Assembly (NCBI GenBank): GCA_048013815.1
Contig: CM106585.1
Coordinates: 20,398,001 to 20,462,000 of the forward strand
Direction: 5' to 3'
From: Setoptus koraiensis
Lineage: Eukaryota; Animalia; Arthropoda
Length of the DNA: 64,000 nt
The translations under genes and the position numbers were made by a program. Shown here one piece after another: positions 35,901-48,407 of this stretch. The notes below the pieces were generated by a model. It had not been told where the DNA came from. It was given only the letters and a program-made list of their open reading frames with translations, and did no database searches. How positions within the stretch are numbered: position 1 is the first letter of the stretch; each line of letters starts with the position of its first letter.

Positions 35901-36577
35901 CGACGCGATGGCCTCTACGACAGAACACTGGCGGCTGGCGTGAATCAAGTGCAGATATTAATATCTCATTCCATAATCCAGCTGAGCGTTATGACCGTCC
36001 AGATAAGTTTGGTGGTATTTTTCACATTTGTCGTCTACAATGTGCCCACAAAGGGTCCATTCATCTGGGTGTTCCTGTTGCTGTTGCTGCAGGGCCTGAC
36101 TGGCATGTCTTTCGGTAAGTTGGACGACATTACAATACCATTGTTACAATACCCTGGTTATAGTACCATTGTTTTGTACCTATTTCCGGTCCAGACAATG
36201 TGTGTGTCTGTGACGAACCCGCTACGAATATTTCAATCAATATCATTAAATTAATTGCTAAATCTCATTAAATTTAAGGTCTGCTTGTGTCGGCGGTTTG
36301 TGAAGAGGAAAACACGGCCATGATGATGATATTGGGCACATTCTATCCGAATTTACTTTTGGCAGGAGTCATTTGGCCCATCGAGGCAATTCCCTATTGG
36401 CTGAGATGGTTCAGTTACCTTCAGCCACAGACGATACCTACCGAGGCGCTGAGAAACTTGATAGTTCGAGGCTGGACAATAACAGAGACGGGCGTGTGGG
36501 CCGGATTTGCCGTGACAGGCGCCTGGCTTATATTCTTTTTATTTATGGCCTCATTGGCATTTAAAACAAAAAAATAG
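28627..36577 (+). CDS. ABCH: ABC transporter, subfamily H (half transporter, NBD-TMD); exons 28627-28862, 31880-32039, 33130-34384, 34506-35010, 35256-35332, 35463-35578, 35775-36114, 36279-36577 (995 aa)
   Basis: ILSGINMTVPEGA/IYGLLGPSGSGKTT, GYMPQ/EIAVY, LSGGQKRRVSLA, LILDEPTVGVDPLLRQSIW.HL, TTHYIEEAR, LEDVFLKLC, YMAPGVII and FYPNLLLAGVIWPIEA. All seven junctions are GT-AG and total length is divisible by 3. Confidence 0.93.
32182..32430. repeat. GC-rich cluster of short inverted repeats followed by a 13-bp tandem array, within ABCH intron 2
   Basis: Inverted repeats at 32182-32197, 32200-32215, 32279-32291, 32307-32319 and 32322-32341, then ~5.5 copies of TCGGCCTATG(A/G)T(A/G) at 32360-32430. 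Confidence 0.85.
32924..32964. repeat. (GT)n microsatellite, ~20 units
   Basis: Pure dinucleotide run in ABCH intron 2. Other microsatellites include (TA)n at ~29108-29150 and many (AAC)n/(CA)n tracts. Confidence 0.95.
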
Positions 36578-38552
36578 TAATAATAATATCAGACTAACAG
36601 CAAGCGAGTCGCCAGCAAGTACTCCAATGAGCACAACCAAAGCCATTAAATGAGGCCATCTCGGACCGAACCAGATGTAATTCAATTCACCCCCATGATA
36701 ACTGGCCAGTCAGCAGTTACACGAACACACATATACAAACGCACGATAATAATTATAGCTAATCTAATCTAGAACGAGATATAGTTAACGGAATTAGTGC
36801 TAACTAGTTAATTAATTAACTAAAAACAATTAAATACAACGAACGAAATCATATGCGACGACAACATGGGAAAAATGTGATGCAACTAGATATTGCTCAA
36901 GCAGCGTTTGTGATGGTAATAACACACTACATTGCATTTAATCATTGTATCAACAACGGCATCAATTGTAGTGTTGTTGTTGCTGTTGTTGTTGTTATTA
37001 GCCAGCAGGAAATCATTATAAGCAACTTAATATACATATTGTATGCCAACGACGAAATAAAGAGACTAATCTTTTCATTGTCACCCAACACTTATCGTCT
37101 TTTTTCTTTCGAAACCGACATCAACAAGTTGACACGTTGGCTCACAGCGGAGCCGCTCGGAAAAGCGGTTTGGAATCAATTTTGTCAACAATATTGTTGT
37201 TTATACTTGCAAACAATGTAAAAGTGTCTAAATTTAGAACGCATCTCGCTTGTGCAATACTCTAATTTTACACATACACACACGCCACTCTCTGGTTTGA
37301 GTCAAGACGGCCCCATCGAACCTCCAAGTTGTTGCCGATCGTCACCCTTGGCCTAAATATATCACCATGGCTCTCTAAATGAACTCACAACTCACTAATT
37401 CAGGGTCACTTGTGTCCATTCGTCGCACAATAATAGTGCAATGATGAAGATAAATGATAGTTGTTGCATCACACTGTTTATGTAAATACGGTACAAATAT
37501 TGTTCATTGCACTAGTCTCGATTTTCACCTGTTTAGATGCATGTGTCAGCCCAAAGCCAGAAACTGTGAGCGTAAATTGGTTTCGAAACATGACGATGAC
37601 AATGACGGCCATGGCGATGATGCTAACTATAGCTATGTTTTTATAGTTAGCTAAGCAAATTGAAAAGGTAACTACCACTACAAGTTTATATTATTATCAT
37701 TTCCATTGTTTACAGCTTCATTGTCGATTGTAGTTGCGCAGTGCTGCAACTAAAACTAATGAAACTAGTTCATACAATGATAATAATAATAATAATTTTG
37801 ACATATTACGTAACCAAACAACAAGCCTGTAGGTTGTCTCATGTTAGCATACAAACCATTTGAGTATCACTTGCTAGAACAATATTGAGTTGCGTGCAGC
37901 CAGCCAGTTAATCAGTCAGTCGGGCAGCCAGATAAAGATACAGATAGACAGATCTCAATAACGTAATTGTTTGTATCGTCACGTTAAATTGAGTTAAAAG
38001 AGCAACGATTCTGACGGTTGTAAATACAGCGCATACACATATATGTGGTGCTGATGTTGTTGATGTTGCTCACATCTGACGGTTTACCACAGCCACCACC
38101 ACTACTTTGCTACACATCCAACAACAACAGTAACAATTACTCCCCCATCTAAAATGTCGTTATTAATAGCACCAATCAATAGTTATAAATGCAAGTACAG
38201 TTGCGTGATGATGGCAAGCAATTGACACTCGATGCACTAATACACTACACTAATTTTTGTTCTTGTTGATATACCTATATGTGTATGTCTGTATGCAAAA
38301 ACATTTTGTCATCATGAACACGAAATGACGGCTGATACTTGCTCGGCAATTAATTAAACAGGTACTATTACATTAATAGTCATGACACAACATGCTCGCC
38401 AGAGACTTGCAACAAAAATTAGATGAAGTTTTTATTTTTTTGTTTGTTCTTTTGACACACACACACACACAAACATCTGAACTCATTATATGAAATCTGA
38501 TAATCCCCGTGTGCATTTAATAGATAAGCTAGAGTGAGGGAAAGAAATTTTT

Positions 38553-41500
38553 ATGGATGCGAGCTCCACTGAAGCGCACTCTTCTATAGATGGTGGTCAG
38601 CGCCAGCCATCGACATCACCAACAACAACAACAACAACAACAACAATAGCAACGCCAACTGCAACGAAAACAGCAACGACAACATCAACAACAGTGGCCG
38701 GAAATGAACAACAAGCAACCGGTGACTTGGAAGACGATACAACTGCGCAACAACAAATCATTGGAGTCGATGATTTTATGGAGAACCTCAGACAGTTGTT
38801 TCAGGAATGCGACACTGATAATAACGGTCATCTAGGTAGGGATAAATTCAAAGATTTGTGCCTCAAGATAGGACTGAATGAAAATGATTCCTATGAGACT
38901 TTCGATAGATTAGATATTGATCGGAATGGCACGATCACTTTTGAGGAATTCTGTGCTGGCTTCAATCAATATCAAACAACTCACTCGGTGAATGTAGAGC
39001 AAGATTATTGCCATGAGGCGACATTGAAAAAAAATGAACGATTGCCCTCGTTGGGTTCAGTGCAGACCAGCACCGACAATGCGGGCCCCCTCGACGAACA
39101 ACAGCAAGACAACGGCTTTAATTCACTCGATCATTTGGCTACCAACGGTTGCCTGATGCCGGAAGATAATCGCCGATCGCTCAGATCGCCATCAAAATTG
39201 TCCTCTAGAGGCCCCAGGAACAGATCAAGATCCTCATCGTAAGTTACATCAGCGCAAGCTCATATAAATGATCTTGTTTACTGGTTGTTGTTAATCCATT
39301 CGCAATTTTATTCTGAACACTACGATATGATTATTTGCTTCAATCATTATGATGCCAATCACAATCACCTCGGGCACTATCAGTTCCAGAGTCAGTCCAA
39401 TTGGCACAATATCTCTTGGTCGTGATAATGACCACTCGAATGAGCTCGATCAAGCCATCGCAGGCCCCGTGGATGCTTGCAACAACGGCAATAACAATGA
39501 TATGATTGTTCTTAGCAATAGAGACACCGCCATTGGAGGATCTGTTTTCAATGGTAGACAGGTGATGACTATGCAAGACTTATTGGATTGCGTACAAACA
39601 TTACAAGATGAGAATCACAAATTAGCCGTGTCGCTAATGAAAGAAAAAAAAGATCGTGACGAATACCTGAGCAGACTGGGCGAAGAGATGGACCAACAGG
39701 TGAAAGAGGTGGAGGCCAGAGTGGGCCAGCGCGCCAAGGAAGAAGTGGAGACTGAAAGAAAGTGAGTTGCAACATTTCTGCCATATACATGCCAGGAAGA
39801 CCTGTTTGGTCGCTGAACAAAACTGTTTTAATATTTGCATTAACAAAAATCAATATACATACTAATACAATCTACTATGTATATTTATTTTTCTTTCAAA
39901 AATCATGCATGTAATAGGCGCCTGAGAGAGATGATGAAGGCTGAATTCGAGGGATTACAAACACATTTTCAGACTCTTGAAAAGGTCAACGATTGGATCA
40001 AGAATACAGCCAGTGGTAAGACTATTGATGGGGAAAAAATAGAGAAGGTGAAAACTAAACTAGAAGATTCGCTATCGGAAAACAGACAATTGCGTATGTC
40101 GTTATTGAATACACAAACAAATGTAGCCATGATTCGCAGTGAAATAGATCAACTGAAAGAACAATACGAAGAGAAATGCCAAGAGTTGAGTAGTGAACGG
40201 GAGCGGGTTTATGAGACTTTAAATGAATGTGATCACATAAAAAGACAATTGAATCTAATGCATGATTCAAATAGAAAATTACAAGATGCCAGCGACGCAA
40301 TAACTACATATATATCTGATTCTAATAATCAGCCATTAATAATTAATAGGACTAGTTTACATCAAAATAATAGTAATGGTGGTGACATTCAACATCATCT
40401 CATACCACACAGTTCCGGTGCAACACCACCAATGATGCCCAGAAATAGTTCTCGGCACAATTTACCGCCAATGACGACAGTGAGCAATAGTAGAAGAGGC
40501 TCCATATTGAGCGACTATATTCAAGATTTGTCATTGGCGTCCGATTGTGCCAGATCCGTATCCATTACATCAGATTTAGAATCACTCACAAGCCAATTGA
40601 GCGCGCCTACCAGGAATCATTCAAATATTTGCGATGATCCGGATGATCGTTCTTCGCAACGATCAGTGCCTAACTTCAATTCTACAACAAGAGCTGCAAG
40701 CTCAAGTGGTGTATATAGTAATAATAATAGCAAGCACTTACAACAATCAACAACGACAAACAGCAAATTGCCCAATGATCACAATCAGCAATACTTGGCG
40801 CCAGCGCAACAGAGCAACCAACAAGACACTACCAATTGTTATGGTCAACAACATAATCAACAACAAGTGGCTCTCAGAAAGTCAAGATCCTATCAGAACA
40901 TCGAGGGAAAACATAGAGCCAATCAAATGGACGCTGGCCAACATCCAACGGTCAGTGCTGGAATCATGTCAGATAATGGCGAGATGACCTCATTGTCCAT
41001 GCATAGCGGCTACTCAATCGGCCTGAATGAATCATCGACAACCTCGGGCCGTCTGGACAGTTTGCCTAGTGTTGATTCGGCCGATGGTCCGCCGGTGACC
41101 ACTTATGACATAATTTTGGTTGGCGACTCTTACGTTGGCAAATCGTCCTTTGTTGCGCGCTTTATGGAGGGCGAATTCGTTGTAGGTATCATATCTAATT
41201 GTGGCATAGATTTCAAGACTAAATCATACAAAATTGATGGTGTCAACATAACAATAAATCTGTGGGACACAGCGGGCCAAGAGAGATTTCGCAGCATAAC
41301 GGCCTCATATTTTCGCAAGGCCGACGGAATAATTCTTATGTATGATGTGACAGAGAAGAACTCATACTTAAATGTCAGAAATTGGATGAGCACCATTATG
41401 GATACAGCTGCAGAAAATGTACCCGTTCTACTCATAGGAAACAAGATTGACCTTCGCACTCAACACAATATCAAGGCTTGTGTACCCAGTGAAGAGGGCC

Positions 41501-41691
41501 AACGGTTGGCTAAAGAATATGACATTGTCTTCTTGGAGACAAGCGTCAAAGAGGGCACCAATCTGAAAGGTTCTATAAAGAAACTTGTCAGATTAATGAT
41601 GGCTAGGCACCAGAAATCTGTTGAGGCCGATGACACCATCAAGTTGAATGATAAAAGCAAAACATTCAGATGCATGCCTCAAAAGTGCTGA
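38553..41691 (+). CDS. RASEF: Large EF-hand / coiled-coil / Rab GTPase (RASEF/Rab45; CRACR2A-related); exons 38553-39238, 39384-39761, 39918-41691 (945 aa)
   Basis: Two EF hands (DTDNNGHLGRDK, DIDRNGTITFEEF), a coiled coil (LEDSLSENRQLRMSLL.TQTNVAM) and a C-terminal Rab domain (GDSYVGKSS, GIDF, WDTAGQERFRSIT.SYFRKADG, GNKID, ETS), ending in Cys. Phase-2 junctions join the three track ORFs. Confidence 0.9.
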
Positions 41692-41816
41692 CATACCTGT
41701 ATACCTATTGTTTTTATAATCGTATATACTTGTGTACTGTAATACTATTATTTATTCTACTATCAACTTGTGCAACTATATTGGAATTTAATGGAATTAT
41801 TTAAATATTAAAAATA

Positions 41817-43445
41817 TCAGGATGACCTGCCTAAACCACGTCGTTTTGCTTCAATCTCGTAGATTAGTAGTCGCCACATTTTCACGACGAATCCCTCGGC
41901 GTCATCGTCGAGCACAACAGCTACATCACGTAGTATGCTCATTCCATCACTATGAGCTCTCAATCTAGTGCATATGAAGTCTATTAAAGACACTTCTTCT
42001 TCGCCAATGTACTCTGAAATCTTTTTACTTATCCATGGCCTTATCCTATTTGCTATCAATGTGTCCTCCAATAGAGACCAATCTATATTGTAGGCAAACA
42101 ATTCTTCTCTACTGGTCGGAATCTCCTCGATCAATTCTCTAATTTGTTTCCTTTTCTCTTCCGAAGTCACCACTCTATTGCCTGAAGTGCCAGAAGTCGA
42201 GGAGTTGGTCGATGATGAACTTGCTATTATATTGAGTGGTGTGTTCGTTGCAGCGGCGGCATCGGTAAATGTTGCATTAATTGAAAAATTAGTGTCTTCA
42301 TTTAAATTATCTATAGAGTTACTATTATTCTCTGACGCACATTTGACACTTAGAAGCTCGAGCTCTTGTTTTTCTCTCCTAAGACTATAATCGTCTGCTT
42401 CAATTTCTTTGCTACGATCGGCCAGTCTCTTTGATAGGGAACTACCTTTGTAATAACGAATATCGTCGCGGTCATCATTATAATCTTCAAGAAATTCTTT
42501 AAGCTTCTTTGACTCTAGTTCCTCTTTCAACCTTTTTTCTTTTTCTCTAAGCTTCATGAAATCATACTCTTTAGCTCTGGTGCGCTCTCTTTTCTTCCAC
42601 ACGCTCAGTAATTGCTGATAAGATTGCTCTCTTGATTCCTTTTTGTCGCTTGGTTTGTTGTTTCTTGATGAAGCATAGACATTCTCTCTTTTTTTATAAT
42701 CATAAGGTCTCTCCCTTTCTCGCTCCCTATCTCTAATTCGATTTTCAATGGGACTTCGTCTAGTATGCCTCTCATATGGACTCCGTTTACTGTAGCGATC
42801 TTTCGATTCGTGCCTAGCGGTGATGGTAGTGGTGGTATTGGTGCTGCTGCTAGGAGAACTTGTCTTGGTCGGATCTGACTTATATGTGTTGCGAAATTTT
42901 CCAATCTCACGATGGATGAGGTTTTTCTTGTCGTCCTCTAATTCCATATCGGACAGATTTTCTTCTTTCTTTTCTTCTTTTTTAATGTTTTTAACGGACT
43001 GTTCTGTAGATCTAAGGCTAGGTTCTTGAGCGTGGTCTTCAAATTCATGCTCATAAAGTTTAATGACCCTATTCAATTTTAATCTGGCATCACTATCTAG
43101 CTTTTTTGCCACTTCACCCATATCACCATCGGTGGTCTCCTTTCCATCGGAGGCTAGGCCCGTCTTATTAGATAAATTATATTCCTCTAGTGTCTTTTTG
43201 GCTTGTGTGTCTACAGTAACCTCTAGCTTGGTGCCAGATAGATTAAATTCGTCTAATAATCTGAGGGCCCTCATGGCAGCATCGGGCGTGGAGAATTTAC
43301 ACAATCCAAAACCAGATTTTCCATCGACCGCTTGTGGTCGTTTCCATTCGTCTATTGGTCCGCATGTGGACAGTAACTCTCTTATAAGTGAATCTGATGC
43401 CCTGCTAGGTATATTCCTGACACATGCCCAAACTGAAGGTCCCAT
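41817..43445 (-). CDS. RBM25: RNA-binding protein 25 (RRM, E/R-rich region, PWI domain), single exon
   Basis: RRM LLSTCG....WKR....GFGLCKF..PDAAMRALRLL, KLKEFLEDYNDDRDD.RYYKGSSL, and PWI IPTSREELFAY.IDW...RIRPWISKKISEYIGEEE...FVVKMWRLLIYEIEAKR.GL. Confidence 0.93.
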   Translation of the reverse strand: MGPSVWACVRNIPSRASDSLIRELLSTCGPIDEWKRPQAVDGKSGFGLCKFSTPDAAMRALRLLDEFNLSGTKLEVTVDTQAKKTLEEYNLSNKTGLASDGKETTDGDMGEVAKKLDSDARLKLNRVIKLYEHEFEDHAQEPSLRSTEQSVKNIKKEEKKEENLSDMELEDDKKNLIHREIGKFRNTYKSDPTKTSSPSSSTNTTTTITARHESKDRYSKRSPYERHTRRSPIENRIRDRERERERPYDYKKRENVYASSRNNKPSDKKESREQSYQQLLSVWKKRERTRAKEYDFMKLREKEKRLKEELESKKLKEFLEDYNDDRDDIRYYKGSSLSKRLADRSKEIEADDYSLRREKQELELLSVKCASENNSNSIDNLNEDTNFSINATFTDAAAATNTPLNIIASSSSTNSSTSGTSGNRVVTSEEKRKQIRELIEEIPTSREELFAYNIDWSLLEDTLIANRIRPWISKKISEYIGEEEVSLIDFICTRLRAHSDGMSILRDVAVVLDDDAEGFVVKMWRLLIYEIEAKRRGLGRSS

Positions 43446-43936
43446 AATTTAGTGTTGCTTGATTAGTTGATTTAGAGATCGTTTAATAGGAAAACAAGGA
43501 ACGTGTAATTTCATAGACTATATCTATAATGTGATGCGAGCATTTATTTTAGCTTGGCTGTAGCTAAAGATAACTGGCCAGTATCACGGAGGGATCGGCT
43601 CAAATGGATTTGATGAAAAAAAACTCATTTTAAAATCAACGAGTACTCTCTAGTGGCAGCTGATTGAACTAAACACGGTGCACATAATGATAGATTCGTT
43701 GTTTGCCTTCGGCGGCGGCTTTGGTGCAACTATAGAATGTGGTGCAGGCGTGTGCTATCGGACAATGCACAGAAACATACGACAATAAGCGGGGGCTCTT
43801 TTGTGAACAATTGGTTTTTAAAGTAAGTACATGGTAAAAATTGGTGATTTTTTGTATGAAAGAATATAAATAAATTACGTATCAGGATGAGGGTTTATTA
43901 GAATAGCTTGATACATCGATTGAGATGAAAGATCAA

Positions 43937-44265
43937 TTATTTCCAGAGTCCATCCTTCATTGCTAGCCTATTGATTGAGTCGTCTGACTCGCCCATTCTT
44001 CTGATGTCCCCGCAAATTGCGTAGGTCTTATTTGTTCCAGTCAGAATGCCGGTATCTTCACTGAGTTCGGCTAGAGCTAGGCTGATTGAGGCATGGTCCT
44101 TTGCATGGATGATACGGTTCGATGCAGAGCTAGATGTGGGAGATAGACAATTTATTAGTAACGGTCGAAAGGTCTCTGCTACGACAGGTCGACATTCGAT
44201 TCTTTGATATCTTACCATTTCCTCGGGATGTATAAGTCTACGCACTCCCCTTGGTCGTTTTGCAT
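43937..44265 (-). CDS. RpS21: 40S ribosomal protein S21; exons 44265-44216 and 44129-43937 (80 aa)
   Basis: Spliced [32 protein letters not shown]...[21 protein letters not shown]; 86-nt GT-AG intron. Confidence 0.96.
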
Positions 44266-44600
44266 TTTGATTTTTGATTGTTGGTGATTTAATTTTCTTT
44301 AAATAGGGCCAATTTTCGGGTGTAGTAATCAGGAGTGTCTAATTTCTAAATGGAAATTTCTATTAGTAACGTGCTTACTCAGATCAGTTCACCATAGCAG
44401 AGGAAATAGAATGCATTCATCAGCGCTTGCGCACAAATGATGGCGGGGTTTTCGAGGTGCAAAAAAAGCCAAGCCGTCAGACATTTTATTATTATAATTA
44501 TTTCGTGCACACATTACATTCTAACAATACAATATTACGTCTTTGTATTATTATAAATTACATTTATTATATTATATCATTTTTATCAGCATTAGAAAAA

Positions 44601-45293
44601 ATGGCACTGGGTGTAGTTTTCAGAAAGTCCCCGACAATTCCATCCAAGCCGACAAATTCCAGGAGAAGGATTAAATACTACATTGGTCGCCTGTCAAGAG
44701 CAATGGCAACAAAACTAGATTTAGACAGAAAACAAAACAAGAGAATTTCGGCCTCATTACTCTTTGGCCATGTACAATACAGTCAAGACGGAACACGAAT
44801 CAAAAAGGATCTGTGGCCGGTAAAACTCCCTGATGATAAGCAATCATGGAATGAGGCCTCTGCAGAGGAGATAGAGTTAGCCATCCTTCTAATGATTAGT
44901 CCCATGCCGGAGTCGTACATGTGGCACGAGTGTCGCTTATATGCGCAAAACTTCATCAATGAAAATTCCCCTTTACCTAATGTTGCTTCAGCCGGGTGTG
45001 ACTCTAGCTCCGAAGACGAAGATCCTTACTTACCTCCGTCAATGCGACAAAGTAAAAAAGAAAACTCCCCTCTATTTACGCCACCCCTAGAACCTCGTGT
45101 CAACTCTATTACAAATCCAACTACTACAACAACTACTACTACTACTACTATAGTACCGTTTGCCAACACAGTGGAACTGATGAACGAGAACAGTAACGAT
45201 GATATAATCTACGAAGGTACTTATCCATCTGAACCGAAGAGTTTTTTCCGCAGAAAAGCTCTAGAATATCATTCCCTCTATAATGATGTATGA
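44601..45293 (+). CDS. Orphan hypothetical protein (230 aa)
   Basis: Uninterrupted ORF from ATG 44601: basic N-terminus, a possibly folded core (KKDLWPVKLP...MWHECRLYAQ) and an S/D/P/T-rich tail. No recognised family. Confidence 0.5.
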   Translation: MALGVVFRKSPTIPSKPTNSRRRIKYYIGRLSRAMATKLDLDRKQNKRISASLLFGHVQYSQDGTRIKKDLWPVKLPDDKQSWNEASAEEIELAILLMISPMPESYMWHECRLYAQNFINENSPLPNVASAGCDSSSEDEDPYLPPSMRQSKKENSPLFTPPLEPRVNSITNPTTTTTTTTTTIVPFANTVELMNENSNDDIIYEGTYPSEPKSFFRRKALEYHSLYNDV

Positions 45294-45309
45294 CTTCGAA
45301 AAGCGTATA

Positions 45310-45840
45310 ACTTGAATGTCAGAAATTGGATGAGCACCATCCTGGGTAGAGCCGCAGAAAACGCACTGGTTCTACCCATAGGAAACAAGATTGACCTTCG
45401 CACTCAACACAATCTCAAGACCTACGTACCCATTGAGGAGGACTAACGGTCTGCTACAAGACAATCGTCATTGAGAGCAATAATCTGAAAGGTTCTATAA
45501 ACTTAACTTAGAAACTTGTCTTGTTCAATGATAGAAGCAAAACATTCAGATACATGCCACAAAACCTGTATACCTATTGTTTGTAACAATCGTATTTACT
45601 TGTGTACTGTAATACTATTATTTATTCTACTATCAACTTGTGCTCCTATATTGGTATTTGATGGAACTATTTAAATAGAAAAAATATCAAGATGACCTGC
45701 CTAAACCATGTCGTTTAGCTTCGATCTCACAGATTGTCGCCTCATTTTCACGATTAATCCCCGGCGTCATCGCCAAGCATAACCGCCACATCACATTGCA
45801 GTTCATTCCATCACTATGGGCTCCCAAATCTTGCGCATAC
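45310..45840 (+). pseudogene. Direct, deleted copy of 41366-41975 (RASEF 3' coding end + intergenic spacer + RBM25 3' coding end)
   Basis: Collinear similarity with identical blocks 45377-45410 = 41433-41466 (34 nt) and 45597-45643 = 41727-41773 (47 nt). The coding-derived flanks carry deletions and stops. Confidence 0.92.
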
Positions 45841-45902
45841 ATCCTCTTTCTCACTCTCTCCCTCCTTATGTGATTATAGGATAGAGCCTTTTCTCCAACA
45901 TT

Positions 45903-46747
45903 TCATTCATCAACAAAGATTATATCTTCAAATGTATATATTCTTTTTATCTCATCCATCTCTTCATCGCTGACGGGCACATTTCCTGGGCGGACCACTA
46001 ATAATGAGGGCAGACTTGCGCTCGAAGCGGCGGCTATCTCCTAAATAAGATTTTCGTAAACACAAAATACAAACTCATTGATGTTGAGATGAACGTATTC
46101 ATTTTGGAATACCATCTTGTTTTCTGTGAAATTAAGAAACAACTAATTGCACAACCTACCTTTATGTTGTCACTGAGGAACAAGGCTTCTTCCGCCCTAC
46201 AGTTTATTTGTGATAGTATACTCATGTAACTCGAAGAAATGACTTTCGAACCAACTGTTGTGTCGAAATAACCATCTATGTAACTTGTAAGATCTCCATT
46301 TTGCGTGTATGTGAATAGAAGTTTTTGGGCACTCACAGATCCGGAAGAATATATATAGATGCTGTAACCAGCCTCTTTCCACGATTTTATTTTTGTTTGA
46401 GCATCCTCAAATATGACTGATTTAATGCTCCCATCAGTATACCCCTCAATCATTATTAGAGCTTGTAGTTTTTTCAGACCTAAAGATTTGATGTCTTTAT
46501 CCATCAAATCTTCTACTTGCTTGAGTGCCTGGTCCTCAGGTGCAATGTCACCGGGACGGTTTTCAAAATTCAGAAGATTCCTGCATTCTACAACATCCTC
46601 ATCTAGCCAATGTTCTCGTAACCAACCTTGTTGCAGCCTTTTTCTTATATATCCGAATAATATTTTATGAACAAAATCTATCGGAGTCGTGGTGCCCTCT
46701 ATATCGAGGATTATAGACTTTGGTGGTGAGATTTTTACTGTTGTCAT
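45903..46747 (-). CDS. ENOPH1: Enolase-phosphatase E1 (HAD family); exons 46747-46160 and 46040-45903
   Basis: ILDIEGTTTPIDFV, MDKDIKSLGLKKLQ, YIYSSGSVSAQKLLF, YFDTTVGSK, LFLSDNIK/EIAAA and VRPGN. The second exon was found by hand. Confidence 0.94.
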
Positions 46748-48407
46748 GATCCAAAAACTTAGTAGAGTCTTGGAACTTGCCGATCGGAATGCGACAAAAA
46801 TGTGTTACTATTGGTCACGTGTATTAGTCACGTTGCGTTTTACAGCTGCATAGTCAAAATAGATGATTAATGACATGCAACATCATCGTATTTTCAACAT
46901 GACTGCAAGTATGATACATGAGCAAATAAATTGTAGGTGGATCGGCCACAAATATTTGTTGCCAGAATGAAAAACTCAACAGAAAAGTACTACCAAATCC
47001 TTCCTGAAATAACTCCAATTACGACAGTCCTAACTGGGGATAGTTTCGCATCAAGTTATCATTGCTGCGTTATTATCGCAGTCAACAATCATAGTCGTTC
47101 GGATATGATGCTCTGGAACTTTCACTGAAATTCCCAACATGAACGTTCATATGCCATTAAGATTGACGAACAATTGCACAACGATTTCGTCATTGTCCAA
47201 AACAACGATGCGCAAATCATCCGGTAGGTGTGCTGGGAACGCTTCAGCCAGCACACATAAGGCTGGGCTGTGTCGTTAAATGTTTAGTTATTAATTGCAT
47301 TGAGGCCGATGAGTGATGTGTGTGCAGCGCGCGTATGTTAGTTTATGACATTCACACAACAATAGTTGCATCACAATAAAGCTAGGGGTCGCGATTGTTG
47401 GATTATACATTTTATTTTACAGTAGTGTGGTCGGTGGCATTTTTGTTTGAGACTGAACAAATGCACTTTTCATTTCGTTGATGAGCGTATTTTAGAGTGT
47501 GTTCGCTCGGCACATTGCCCTTTCCTGATAATTATGATAATACACAATTATTCCCTGAGCCACCGTTTGTGCGGTACGTTTTTGTCTGTGTGCGTGTGTG
47601 CAAGCATGCGCTTTGTTTTTGCAATATTGTGCCAAAGTCAGATTGAGAATGTAAAAAATATGCGATCACCCTATGGTCATGACTCATGCCACACAACGCA
47701 TGATATGATTGGCCTGATTTACTGCGCACTTTTAGTAGCACGCATGCACAGTGCATGATAATCAGTGTTCGATGTGATATGCCTGGTTAGCTAGAATGAA
47801 TACATGAGTGCATTGCCTACATACACAGCCTGTGATGGCTGATGATCATCAGACTCCTAGACTGACTTTTTTACACTTCTCTCTGGACTACATGATCCAC
47901 TATCTCTTCTGTCTATTTAGATTTTGTTTAATACTGCTGCTACAACTAGTCAATATTAGTGTTAGATACTAGCGATTTATATATATATATGTATAACATC
48001 ATATTTGTATGGATGTACGAATGCAAAGCTGCTGTTACTTATCAATCAGCAAGCTGCGATCATTAAATAGAGACAGATAGGATGAGTGCAAAAGTAAGAG
48101 AGAGGAATCGACAAGTAGATCTACCACCATACAGAGATGGACCAAACAACAACAACAATAAAATAATAATAAAATAAATAAAAAGCGACCAATTGTCACC
48201 ATCACTTGAATGATGAGAGTAAGTGAGAAGTAGATAAATTATTACATACAAACTACTCGACACACACACACACACTCACACTCAAATAGACACACACACA
48301 AGCTTACACACACTCGAATAGTCAATCAAAAAAACAAAAATCACATTATATATTGCATTTGTCTATCACGTAACATAAATATAATCTTATTTAATTTAAT
48401 ATTAATA

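Noticed and set aside
39239-39383. Stop codon between the RASEF EF-hand and coiled-coil ORFs suggesting readthrough or two genes
   Set aside because: TC|GTAAGT and CAG|T define a 145-nt phase-2 intron that removes the stop.
17681-41691. Apparent cluster of membrane-trafficking genes (TRAPPC13, TBC1D10, BORCS6, TMEM50, RASEF)
   Set aside because: Trafficking genes are a large class and are interleaved with unrelated genes here. Chance is sufficient without synteny or co-expression data.
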